Positions 20,601 to 33,200 of a stretch of 64,000 nt of DNA are shown one piece after another. Under the pieces are notes generated by a model, which was not told where the DNA came from, did not search any database, and saw nothing but the letters and a program-made list of their open reading frames with translations. The position numbers and the translations under genes are program-made. Each line of letters opens with the position of its first letter. The stretch's first letter is position 1. The DNA is taken from assembly GCF_964188315.1 (NCBI RefSeq), contig NC_135673.1, positions 50,406,001-50,470,000 on the forward strand, written 5' to 3'. The stretch is from Podarcis muralis. Taxonomy: Eukaryota.

Positions 20601-23600
20601 AAAGAGGGGACGTCCTACCATCCCTTCTGACATCTCTCCGATGGGATCTGGGACACCTTTAAGGCAGCGTCTGTGTAGCCCAGAAGGTCCGGATTTATAA
20701 CAACAACAACAACAACAACAACAACAATTTATTATTTGTACCCCGCCCATCTGGCTGGGTTTCCCCAGCCACTCTGGGCGGCTTCCATAGAAACCAAAAA
20801 ACACTAAAATATCATACATTAAAAACTTCCCTGAACAGGGCTGCCTGTTTGAACCCTTTGCCAAAAATGGAGATGACCTATTCCATCCCCTCCGGCTTTT
20901 CTCCGATGACATGGGACAGCACTCCGACTGGGATGCTTTTAAGTCTGCGATCAGAACGATAAGGTTCGTCTCCAGTCCGAGTGAGCGATTGCAAAGAGGG
21001 ACATCCGGAGGGTATGTTCTGCGTTCAAGCCATCAATGCCCTCTTATCGTTCCGGGTTCGAATCACAAGCCAGGATGGCTTCAAAAAAGCTGCGGCATGG
21101 GAACACACCAAGGGCTTACCATCCGGCCCAGCGTCCATGAAACTCAGGTGGGAGTGGCACGAGGTGGTGAGGAAGTCCAACAAGCGACCGGTCTGGATCC
21201 TGCAAGGATCAGAGAATCATAGGTGACCCCCGAGGGATCCCTCCGAAATCGACCATCCTAAGAATGAAATCCTGGCAAAAGCTTCCCATAGATAAATTAA
21301 CCCAGAGCCAGATTCTTCTGTTGGGCTGATAATGATAACAATAATAATAATTTAATTATTTGGATGCCTCCTATCTGACAGCATTAAACGATTCCTGCAA
21401 TCCTCACCTCGCTCCTCCAAAATATCCGTCCTGCAATTTCCGCAGCATGGCCAAAACGGCCGGGTGGATGCCATCACCACTGTCATCTGGCCAGGCGGAT
21501 GAAAGGAATGAAAAGGGAAGAAAGGGAAGGAGAGAGAAGTTAGGATGGGAAAAGACAGCCATCAGAATAGAAGAGAAGAACGAGATCGAAATAAGCAGCG
21601 TAAAAGGGTGGCCATGAAAATTCAAGTCAAATCAATCCCTGAAATTCAGTGGAATTTCTGAATTATATTTTTTAAAGGAAGTCAACAGGTTGAGAGAAAG
21701 TTGAAGGAAAGTTCAAGTTAATTTGTTAAAAAGTATGATATTTAATAAATTTTTGAAATTTAAATTCCTGAAATGTTAAAAAAAAGTAGGTCCAAAAGTT
21801 AAGAGAAATGCGCATTGATTTGTTAACATTTCTGAAATGTCATAAAAATTCAAGACAATCTGTTAAGGGAAATGCGGACTAAAGTTGAATTTGTTAAGAT
21901 TTATAACATTTAATAAATTCCTGAAATTGAAATTTCAAAAAATATGGAAGTCAAAAGATTAAGGGAAAGATGCGTTGATTTGTTAAAATTTCTGAAATGT
22001 AATACGAATTAAAGTCAAGCTGTTGAGGGAAAAACGTATCAAAGTTGAAGTGAATTTCTTTAAACTTCTAACTTTTTTTTTAAGCGTTTATTAATTTTCC
22101 AATAAGAACATCCAATTAACATATCAAATCAAATCCAAAAAAAAAACAAAAACAAAAAAAAAACTCACAAAAAACTAAAAAAAAAAAATTCCAATTGTCT
22201 TCCAAATTGTAATAATTTTTGTTTTGGCTTCCCACGGTCTGAATTCTGAAGCGTTTTCAACATCATAGTCCTGCCTCTCATCATCATCAGTGGTTTTCAT
22301 AATTCCATATCGCGATTTTATCCTCCACGTTTTGTCTCTGGTTCTGTGATCCTCATTCATGTCAGAAAACAGACACTTTTTTTTCTATGGAGTTCAGATT
22401 TGTCCGTATATTATACTCTTTCAGCTGTTTTTGTTTTTCATCGCACCGCTTCATTTAATTGCATCCATTCCAGACTCTTTGAGAATTATTTTGGCAGCTC
22501 CCAGATCGTTAATCTTTCCCGTCAAGCTGTTATCAAAGAAACAGAGAGAAACCTCCTTCTGAAACTCCTTGTTGATTTATTCTTAAGCTGCCTGTTTGCA
22601 ATGTAGCCATATATCAGACAGTTAACAATTGGCCTTTGGAATCAACCCAATCCAATCCCCCCTCCGGGCCCTAGAGGGGGGCTGCCAGACATCCATTTAG
22701 CCCTTTCTCTTGCTCATAATAAAAAACTTCTTTTTGCAAACAGTTGTATATATAATATTGTTTCCAGTCTTTATGACCAACCATCAGTTAGCTCCTGTTT
22801 CTCTTAATCAGGGAGGTATTTCAGATATTCCATAAGTGCGTAGTGGGTAGACACCATTTTGTTCTTTGTTTTCGTCTTTAACGGGCATTTCAAATCTTAA
22901 AAGAAAAGTGGCTGCGAATAGGTCCCAATTACATATAAAAGTCCATCTGTACTCACTTTTTGAAGAGCAATTTAGGTTCTTAATGAGGCTTGGCATGCAA
23001 AACGAATTGTTAATGTTAGAAGAAGAAGAAAAAACATACCAAGCCCCTCCAGATCCCAAACATCATGATGAGGATCTCTTTGAACTTCGATCTTTTACAC
23101 CAGAGACTGTACATACTGCAGGTTTTTTTCCAGCTTCATCAGTTCAGAGCGTGTCTGTTTGGTTTTCAAATCTTTATATTTTCCCAAACAGATGCCTCTG
23201 GCTATGGGTGGCATCACAGGAGTGTCCGTCCGTCCCTTGCTCCGTGACCCAGTGCCCCTGCCCTGGGGCAAACCGCGGGTCATCGAGACAGTCCTCCCCT
23301 GCCCTGGGGAGGCTGCCAGGGCTAATTACCCCCATATCAGCCCTGAATTATCGGAACGGCTGGAGTCCGATCGTGTGGGAATCTGCCATTTCCCACCGCC
23401 AGAAACAGGAAGCCAAAACTTCTGACTTTTAATAAAGATCCAATTTGAGCTGTTAAGGGCAATATGTATGAAAGCTGAAGCAAAGTTGTTAAAAATTGTT
23501 AAAAGGGAAACGTGTACAAAAGTTGATTTGTTAAAAATCAGGCAATTTAATTGAACTTTCTGAAATTTCAAAAGGGTTTTAAATGTCAGAAATTTAATTG

Positions 23601-24251
23601 AAATTTAGTTGAAAATTCCAAAATTTAATTTCTGAAATTCAATTGAAATTTCTGAAATTTAAATTTATTAATTTTTTTACAAATTTATTTTAAATTTAAA
23701 ACAGCATGAGACACACCAAACATCATGTGCGAGACGGGGAAGATGATGGTGGGACGCCCTGTCATCCTCCAGCGGCTGCACAGGTAAGAGAGATCTGTCC
23801 GGAGCATTTCAACGATCATTTTGTTATCGAGTGCCAGGAAGAATTGCTGCTGGTCAAGGAACTGTGAGGAGGGAGGGAGAGGTGGATAAACAAGGGGGGG
23901 AGGGGAAGGGGGGATATATTGAAACATTTTTTTGATCGTTGTACCCATGAAAGAGGAGAATGGAAAACGGTGCTTTCCCCCCAGAGGGGGAAATAACAGC
24001 TATGATCAAATTGGCGATTTTTTGTTAAGAGGATAAACTAATTGGCGGCGTTCTCCTGATTCACCAAATTTGCGGGGCGGGGGGGATTTGAAGGGGGTTG
24101 GACTGGATGACAGCCAGGGAACTTCCCACCTGTGGCGTGAAGGCAAAGATGGTGCTCCGGATATCGTAGAACTTGGAGGTGCCCAGAACGCCCATGTGGC
24201 GGAAGGGGCGCCCACTGAGGGTCATGTGCTGGTTACGGCCTGTGGAGAAGA

Positions 24252-24294
<43 letters not shown>

Positions 24295-27200
24295 TATTAT
24301 TTACTCCCTGCCCATCTGACTGGGTTTCCCTAGCCACTCCAACAAAAGAAAATAGAAATACATTAAAACATCAGCGGAAGGCAGTGGAAGACAGGAGTGC
24401 CTGGCGTGCTCTGGTCCATGGGGTCACGAAGAGTCGGACACGACTAAACAACTAAACAACAACAAAGCATCAGTTGTTTAAAACTTCCCTAAAATGTCAT
24501 TCAAGGAAATGTTATAGGGTTTCGAACCCGCACCTTAGATGTTGCCTTAAAGGCGTCCCACATATCTTCTGATTCTATCCTGCTCATTTTATGTTTATTT
24601 CCCATAATCCCACTCGAATACCTTTTCTCTGCTGTTCCTCCCCTTTATTTCTAAACGGAATCAATTACCGCACGTTTTGGGGTCAGACTAGATGACCCAA
24701 GAGTCTCTTTCTCCTCTTCCAATTCTATCTTGCTCATTTTATTTTTATTTTATTTCCCATAATCAATCCCACTCAAATGCCTTTTCTCCACTGTTCCTCC
24801 AATTTGTAATTTTTTGGGGTCAGACTAAATGACCTGGGCTCCCTTTCCACATCACCTAATCGGGCGTAGATATGGCTGAGGATCCTCGCCGGTTGCACCC
24901 GGATCGGACAGACGCCGGAAACCGTCTCCGTCTCAATCCCCTCCTTCCTCAAAGCCGATTGGATCCCCTCCGTCTCGGCCAAGATGCAAACTATGGGGAA
25001 ACTGGAGTTAATTTGGAGCTGCTCCGGTCCCGGAAAACCCCGAAACAGGCGTCAATCAAGGAATCAGAATTCAAACCCCAAACCCAAGTCTGGCTCAACC
25101 TGGGTCGTCAAAGCCTCCCGGACTAAACTCGGCTCCAATTTTATGAAATATCCTATTATCCTGGAGACTATTAAAGCACCCATAAAAATTTGGATGAATA
25201 TAAATAAAAATAATAAGGATGACCCCTATCAACATGAGAAATTAACAATATGGGCCAACCCAAAATTAAAAATTGGAAATCAAGTAATAATTTGGCAAAA
25301 TTGGATGCAAAAAGGTATTTTGACATTGAATCAATTAATTGATGAAAATTAAAAATTTGTGGAATATAAGACTGCAAGTAAAGTCTGGATTAACCAGTGA
25401 AACACCATGGCAATACATCCAATTGAAACATATGTTGGAAAGGCAGTTTGGCTATAGCAGCATCGGAAACAGCCATGCTGCTACAAGATTCAATTTGTGC
25501 AACAAAAACAAAAAGCTCTTGCACTATATATACAAAAATACACTTGCACTATATAAAACCCTACTCAACAGGAAGAAATATGATTTAGAATATGATAGAC
25601 AAAAATGGAGTGAAGTGTTGGGGGTACAGATAACAAATGATTTATGGGAGTCAAGTCAACAGAAATAGTCTCCATGAATCTAAGACTAAGACTTATTCAG
25701 CAGAAAATAGTAATATTCAGAGTCCACTGGACTCCAGCAAAACTATACCAGAAGAAAATAACAAATGCAGACAACTGCTGGAGATGTGGGAGTAAAAATG
25801 TGAACTTAGTACATATGTTGATTAACTGCCCAATGATAAGATCATTTTGGTGTGAGGTGAGGATATTTATAGCAAGAGTAATAAAAAGAAATTGTTATTT
25901 AGGGGAATTGAATTTAATTCTAAATTATATTCCAGAAATGTGGGAGATTTCTTTTTTTTTTTTTTAAATATTTTTTTATTGCTTTGTTTTCCAGGGTCAA
26001 AGTACAACGTCAATACATCGTCGATAACACAACAAAAGCTTTTTTTTTTTTTACAAAGTGAAAAAAAACAAAAAAGAATACACTTTTCCAAATCTTTTTT
26101 TTTTTTCATCATCAACTGGACTTCCCCACATCCTCCATCCCTGCATTCTTTACAATAAAAATCAACAGCAAATTAATACCTTGTTTCATGTGTTTTTGTA
26201 TTTTCATCTAAATATTTACTCTAAAAGTTAAGCTTTTCTCAGTCATAACTTAGTTTCAATCATTTCCGAATCTCAATACTGAAGCCTGTTTTTCTCGAGA
26301 CTTAGCAAATTCTCAACATTCATATAACTTAAAATGTTTTTGTAAATAGTCCTTAAATTTTTTCCAGTCCTCTTCCACTGCCTCTTCTCCCAGGTCTCGG
26401 ATTCTGCCAGTCATTTCAGCCAATTCCATGTAGTCCATCAGTTGCGTGTGCCACTCTTCCAGTGTGGGTAACTCCTGTGCCTTCCAGTATTTGGCTATAA
26501 GGATTCCTGCTGCTGTAGTTGCATATAAAAAGAAAGTTCTATCTTTCTTTAGCACTCTCTGGCCCACAATGCCCAGGAGGAAGGCTTCTGGTTTCTTATG
26601 AAAGGTATACTTAAATACCTTTTTCAACTCGTTATAAATCATTTCCCAAAAAGCCTTCACCCTCGGGCATGTCCACCAAAGGTGAAAGAATGTTCCTTCA
26701 GCCTCCTTACATTTCCAACATTTATTGTCAGACAAATGATATATCTTTGCAAGTTTGACTGGGGTCATGTACCACCTGTACATCATTTTCATAATGTTTT
26801 CTTTCAAGGCACTACATGCCGTAAATTTCATACCGGTGGTCCATAACCTTTCCCAGTCTTCAAACATAATGTTGTACCCAATATCTTGCGCCCATTTTAT
26901 CATGGCTGATTTGACTGTCTCGTCTTGAGTATTCCATTTAAGCAACAAGTTATACATTCTTGAAAGCACTTTCGTCTTAGGTTCAAGTAGTTCTGACTCT
27001 AATTTTGATTTTTCCACCTGGAAACCAATTTTTTTGTCCTTTTTAAAGGTCTCTAAAATTTGGGCGTAATGAAACCAGTCTCGCACCTTTCCTTTCAATT
27101 TTTCAAAGCTCTGCAACCTCCAAGTGTCCCCCACTTTTTCTATTATTTCACAATATTTTGCCCAGCCACCCCCCATATTAAGTATTTTTGTGGCTTTTGC

Positions 27201-30200
27201 CTCCATCGGTGACAACCACCTCGGAGTCTTATTTTCGAGTAAGTCCTTGTATTTAATCCAGACAGTAAACAAAGATTTCCTGACAATATGGTTTTTAAAT
27301 AACTTATGAGACTTTACCTTGTCGTACCACAAATATGCATGCCATCCAAAAGCATTGTTAAACCCTTCCAGATCTAGGACATCAGTGTTTTCTAGCAAGA
27401 ACCAATCTTTCATCCAGCAGAAGGATGCAGCTTCATAATACAACCTTAAGTCCGGCAGGGCAAATCCCCCTCTTTCCTTCGCATCTGTTAGTATTTTAAA
27501 TTTTATTCGGGGCTTTTTGCCCTGCCAGACAAACTTCATAATGTCCCTCTGCCACTTTCCAAAACACTCCACCCTGTCCACGATCTGCAGGGCCTGAAAC
27601 AAAAACAACATTCTTGGCAATACATTCATCTTAACTGCTGCGATTCTTCCCAACAAGGAAAGTTTCAGTCTTGACCAGATTTCTAAGTCCTTTTTGATTT
27701 CAGACCAACATTTTTCATAATTATCTTTAAACAAATTCAAATTTTTCCCAGTCAAATTAACCCCCAGGTATTTCACTTTTTTAACTACATTTAGTTCCGT
27801 TTCCTTCTGAAACCCCTCTATTTCTAAAGGTGTCAAGTTTTTCGCCAGGACCTTAGTTTTTTGTTTATTTAACTTGAATCCCGCCACCCGACCAAACTCA
27901 TGGATTAGTTCTAAAGCTCTTTTTGTACTGGGTTCTGGCTCCTGTAGTGTCAAAACCAAATCATCTGCAAAGGCCTTCAGTTTATATTGTTTTCCTCCGA
28001 CCTGTATTCCTTCCACCCGCTGGTCCTTCCTAATCAAGTTCAGCAAAACCTCCAGAACAGAAATAAATAGCAAGGGTGATAGGGGGCACCCCTGTCGTGT
28101 TCCTTTTTCAATTTTAAACTCCTCTGTCACCACATTGTTTACTATCAATTTAGCTTTTTGTTCTGAATAGATTGCTTCAATACCGTTTTGGAACGCCCTT
28201 CCCACTCCCATCCCTTCCAAATTTTTCTTCATAAATTTCCAAGATATGTTGTCAAAGGCCTTCTCCGCATCTATAAATATCAAAACTGCTTTCGTATTCA
28301 AGTTTGTCTGTAGTAGTTCCAGGACATCCACAATGTTCCTAGTGTTGTCAGACAAATGCCTGCCAGGGAGGAAGCCTGCTTGGTCTTTATGAATTACTTC
28401 GTTTAAAACTTTTTTCAATCTGTTTGCCAAAATATCAGCAAAAATCTTGTAATCCACGTTTAGGAGTGAGATAGGACGATAGTTCTTAAGTTGAGTCTTT
28501 TCAGATTCCAATTTTGGTATCAAAGTAATGAATGCCTCTTTCCACGATTCTGGTGCCCCCTTCCCCTCCATAATTTGGTTGCATACCTCCATCAATGGTT
28601 GGGTCAAATATTCCTTCAATGTCTTATAATACTTGGAGGTAAGTCCATCTGGGCCCGGGGATTTGCCTAATTGCATGTTCTGAATGGAACTTTCAATTTC
28701 CTGTTGTGTTATTTTATAATTCAGGGTTGTTTGTTTATCTTGTGTTAGTTTTTCCAGGCCGTAGCTTTTTAAAAATTTATTTATATCAGTCTCCACTTGG
28801 GGTCCTTGAGTGAACAATTTTTTGAAATATCTCTGGAAACACTTTCTAATTTCTTCTGGTTTCTGAATACATTCTCCTTCAACCTCTAGATTGGTAACAA
28901 AGTTCAATTTTTGTCTCCTTTTCAGCTGCCATGAAAGCAGCTTCCCACATTTATTTGCCGATTCAAATGATCTTTGTCTCATCTGTTTAATTTTCCATTC
29001 AACTTCTTGATTTATCAGTTTCGCATATTGTGCTTGATGGAGTTTTATTTCTCTTAAAACTTCTTTTGATTTTGGATTAAGTCTCAACCTTCTCTCTCCG
29101 TCCTTTATCTTTTCCAAAATCTTGTCCTTTTTACCATTCCAGAATTTTTTCCTAATAGTATTCTGTTGTATCAGAAACCCTCTCATAACAGCTTTACTTG
29201 CGTCCCAGATTGTTTTCTTTTCCACCGAAGTGTTCAAATTTATTTCAAAATAGTCTTTCATCGTTTTTTGGGCCTTCTTTACAATCTCCTGATCTCTGAA
29301 CAAAGAGTCATTCATTCTCCATCTGAAGGATCCAGCTGGTGTGAGTCTCAAGTCTATTTTCAAGGCGTTATGGTCGGAGCAAGTTTTGGGGCAGATCTCT
29401 ATTTTTTTAGTCTTAGGTGCCAGTCCTCTAGATATCCAGATTTGGTCGATTCGTGTCCAAGATAGGTGGGCCTCAGAAAAGAATGTTCCCTCTTTACCTA
29501 GAGGGTTCTTTATCCTCCAAATGTCAATCAAGTCCATGTTGTCTGTAAGTTCAAAAAAAGTCTTTGGTAGTCTGCCATCTTTAGTCAAATTTTGGTTTTG
29601 TGACTTATCCATGTGTGTGGAGACAACCCCATTCATATCTCCCATCAAGATGATGTTATTATAGTCAACATGGTCCAGCATTATCTCATGCAGCTTCTTG
29701 TAAAATTCCGATTTCCCCTCGTTCGGTGCATAAATTCCTACTATCAGAAATTTTTCTCCTTGTGATTGTATTTCAATCGCCAGAATTCTTCCTTGTTCAT
29801 CTTTAAACACAAATTTTGGTGCTAGGCTCTCCTTTGCATATATCACTACTCCTCTTTTCTTTACTTTGTCTGATGAAATAAATTCTTGGCCTAGTCTCTT
29901 GTTAATTAATACTCTTCTGTGGAGCCTGGTCACGTGAGTTTCTTGAAGACAAATGACGTCTAGTTGTTCTTTCCTCAATATATGAAAAATCCTTTTCCTT
30001 TTTTCGGGGGAGTTTGCACCATGAATGTTCCAACTGAAGAGCTGCAGAGACATCCTGGATCAGTTTGTCAGCCAATAGGGTTGTCTCCCTTGTCGTCTAT
30101 TTCTGGAGGTGGGTCTTTTTCACCAGGCGGGGGGGGGGTGGCCAAGTACCTGCTGTTCCTTTCCGAAGGTCCTCCCCGTGGTCGTTCAGGAACTTTTCTT

Positions 30201-33200
30201 GCTCCTTTGCTGTTCTAATTCTTACCTTCTTCTCTTTCCAATTAAAAGATAGTCCTTGGGGGAATTCCCACCTGTAAGGAATTGTGTTGTTTCTCAGTAA
30301 TCTTGCCAGATCTTTATATGTAATTCTTAAGTCCAACAACTGTTTTGGTATATCTCTGAAGATTTCTGCTGTCTTTCCCTGTATCACCAATGAATTTTTG
30401 AAGTGTAGGCCGAGTATGTTATCTTTTTCTTGCTTAGATCTCAATATGATCAAGCAATCTCTTGGTTTATCCTTCTTAGCCACTCTTCCCAGTCTAAAGG
30501 CGGTGACAATTTTGAAGTCCTTCTCTTCTGCCAAGCCCCAGAACTTGGATATTTCTGCTGTCAAAAAGCCGGTCAGATCTTCCTTTTCTAATTCTGGGAT
30601 ATTTCTAAGCCTAAGATTGCTTTCTCTGTTTTTCAGCTCCGCCATAGACAGGTAGGCCTGCTGTTCAGTAACCTGTCTGCTCAGTGGTCTTACTTCTCCT
30701 CTTAGTTCCTCTATCCTTTTTTTATTTTGGTCTGCTTTTGCACTTGCTTCCTCGGCTAATTTTCGATTCTCTGTTGTAGTCTTTTCAATATTTCCTATCG
30801 CCTGTGTATTTTGAGCAACTTGGTCTGTCAATTTATTAATTGTAGCTGTCACCTGGTCAAATTTAGCCGCTTGTTCATCAGCTTTCTTGTTTAAAGCTGC
30901 CAGTTGGTCCAATATTTCTTTAGAGATAGGGTCTAGCCCTCCTGCAGCCATATCCTCCAAAACTGGCTGTTTAAGTTGTCCTTCTTGCAAACCTGTCACA
31001 ATTGGAACAGATGACCTGCGTTGCTGCACAGGCAAAGTTAATTGCACTAATTCGGCTTGTTTTGCTTTCTTGCCAGCCCTTGTTTTTCCTGCACCACTCA
31101 TTCCACAGCTGTCTATGTTTCAAGGTCAAATTGTAAATCCCATGGGAAAAGCAATCCAAAAAGTAAACATCCAGACATAAAAAATTCCAAAACAACCAGC
31201 AGTTCTCAGAGACTGATAATTCCACAATCCAGCAGGGGGAGCACCCCAGAGGTTAGAGAGAAAGATGAAAATTTTCCATTAAGTTCCCAAGTAAAGTAAA
31301 ATCCAAAACAGAGGGGGGAACCCTCTAAATTCCCTTTAAACTGCAGAGAGTAAAAGTTCCTTACAAAGGTGCTTGCAACAGTTCCTTTCTTGTAACTTGC
31401 AAAATAGCCCAATGAAACTTTATATCTCTATACACAGTCACCACAGTCTGATGTTACTTTGTATCCAGACAGCCCGAGAGCTGGGTCTCATAACTTTATA
31501 ATCCACAAAAGATAAAGAGGAATAACACAGTCTCTGTCCACTTATAATACAGTTTTAATTTTTCCTTAACTTTTTAGCAATCAAGTCCGAATTTGCAGGG
31601 TAAATTCCAAGTTCTTTTGAACTCCTTTCAGCGCTTCCGTTTTAGAAAGACTTTGCTCAGCACTTTAAACAGAGACGGAAGACTGACTTCCTTTTTAGCG
31701 TCTCCCGCTTTCAGCCGAAATTCACGAATTACTGTTCAAATAGAGTCTCAAATTTCTTACTCACGAGTATGTTGTTTCAAATCAAATGTTCAAAGAAGAA
31801 AGGTCAGCGCTCATCATCAGCAGCCGCGCGGCTTCACTTCCGCGGAAAGAGCGATGGATTCACAGCACCGCTACCCCCTCCACGTTCCGGAGCCCCTTAC
31901 GGGGTCCCTTCTACGTTTCCGAGGTCGCTCCTGGTGCCCGCCGAATCCCACGGCCACGGGCTCACTCTACCCGTGGATTTTCTGAATGGGTCGTCACCGT
32001 GCCGCAGCGCACGACCCTTTTCCGCGGAGCCGCTCTTCAACAGCTGAAGAGGACCGCCATTGCCGTTTCGCGCCGCCTCCGGAAGTGTGAAATGTGGGAG
32101 ATTTCAAGGGGTAAAAAAAAATGGATGTACCGTGCTATGTTAGAAGCAAAGCAACTTGTTTTGATGAATTGGACTAGCCGCAAAAAGTTTCCATTGAGCA
32201 CATGGATTGATAATATGGGCAGACTAGCTACATACGAACGAATTGCATGTCGGCACAAATTAAGAATGGATAAATATCAATAAATCTGGAAGGAATATTT
32301 AAGCGATAAGGCGGATAGTGGTGGGAAGTAGGGGGAGGAGAGAGAGGCGGGGAAATATTGTTAAAAAGGTGGTCATAGGTATATCAATGTATCCAAATCT
32401 GAATTGTCAAACTGTGTTATTATTAAAACAAAAAAAATCCTTCCAGTAGCACCTTAAAGACCAACTAAGTTAGTTCTTGGTATGAGCTTTCGTGTGCATG
32501 CACACTTCTTCAGATACACAGGTATCTGTGTATCTGAAGAAGTGTGCATGCACACGAAAGCTCATACCAAGAACTAACTTAGTTGGTCTTTATGGTGCTA
32601 CTGGAAGGAATTTTTTTGTTTTGACTATGGCAGACCAACACGGCTACCTATCTGTAACTGTGTTATTATTGTTATTATGGTTTTTGTTCTACAGTGGTAC
32701 CTCGCAAGACGAATGCCTCGCAAGATGGAAAACTCGCAAGACGAAAGGGTTTTTTTGTTTTTTGAGCTGCTTCGCAAGACGATTTCCCCTATGGGCTTGC
32801 TTCGCAAGACGGAAACGTCTTGCAAGTTTGTTTCCTTTTTCTTAACACCATTAATACAGTTGCGACTTGACTTCGAGGAGCAACTCATAGAACGCGGTAT
32901 GGTAGCCTTTTTTGAGGTTTTTAAAGACTTTGGTGATTTTTGAAGCTTTTCCAAAACTTTCCCGACACCGTGCTTCGCAAGACGACAAAACTCGCGGAAT
33001 GAATTAATTTCGTCTTGCGAGGCACCACTGTATGTGTCTTTTGTGGTTGGTGTTTTTTCCCCCCCAAATAAATTTTTATTAATTTTTATTAATTTTCCAA
33101 CAAAATTATACAATTTTATCCAAATTTTAACAAATTAATTCAAATTAATTGGTTGATGTTTGTATCAAAAAAATTATTAAATAATTTTATTTTATTTTAT

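Larger units (their letters stand above)
25952..32088 (-). mobile_element. Full-length L1-clade LINE (about 6.1 kb) in PHKA1 intron 13
   Basis: 5' UTR 32088-31102 begins ACACTTCCGG...AATGGCGG, followed by ORF1, a 43-nt spacer, ORF2, 3' UTR and poly(A) (T-run at 25952). Perfect 17-bp TSD GAAATGTGGGAGATTTC at 25935-25951 and 32089-32105. The target reads TT/GAAA, typical of L1 endonuclease. Confidence 0.95.
25130..32420 (+). mobile_element. Old degraded L1-clade LINE 3' fragment split by the young L1 (halves about 25130-25951 and 32106-32420)
   Basis: Frameshifted ORF2 C-terminal peptides: [20 protein letters not shown] and HWTPAKL..CWRCG..HMLINC on the left half; [24 protein letters not shown] on the right half. 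The halves join exactly at the TSD. Confidence 0.75.
32425..32655. mobile_element. Penelope-like retroelement end fragment in inverted (foldback) configuration, 15-bp TSD
   Basis: Arms 32425-32521 and 32526-32622 are near-perfect inverted repeats with a 4-nt loop. They are followed by GACTATGGCAGACCAACACGGCTACC, resembling reptile Penelope termini as I recall them. TSD AACTGTGTTATTATT at 32410-32424 and 32656-32670. Confidence 0.75.

Noticed and set aside
20884-21020. Extra PHKA1 exon to replace the missing acidic segment
   Set aside because: The candidate acceptor at about 21020 gives an in-frame stop in the required phase, and no resemblance to the expected peptide.
31786-32283. 165-aa ORF with an L1-like C-terminus, possible antisense ORF0
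   Set aside because: Chance fusion of the young L1's antisense 5' UTR with the resumed frame of the older L1 across the TSD.
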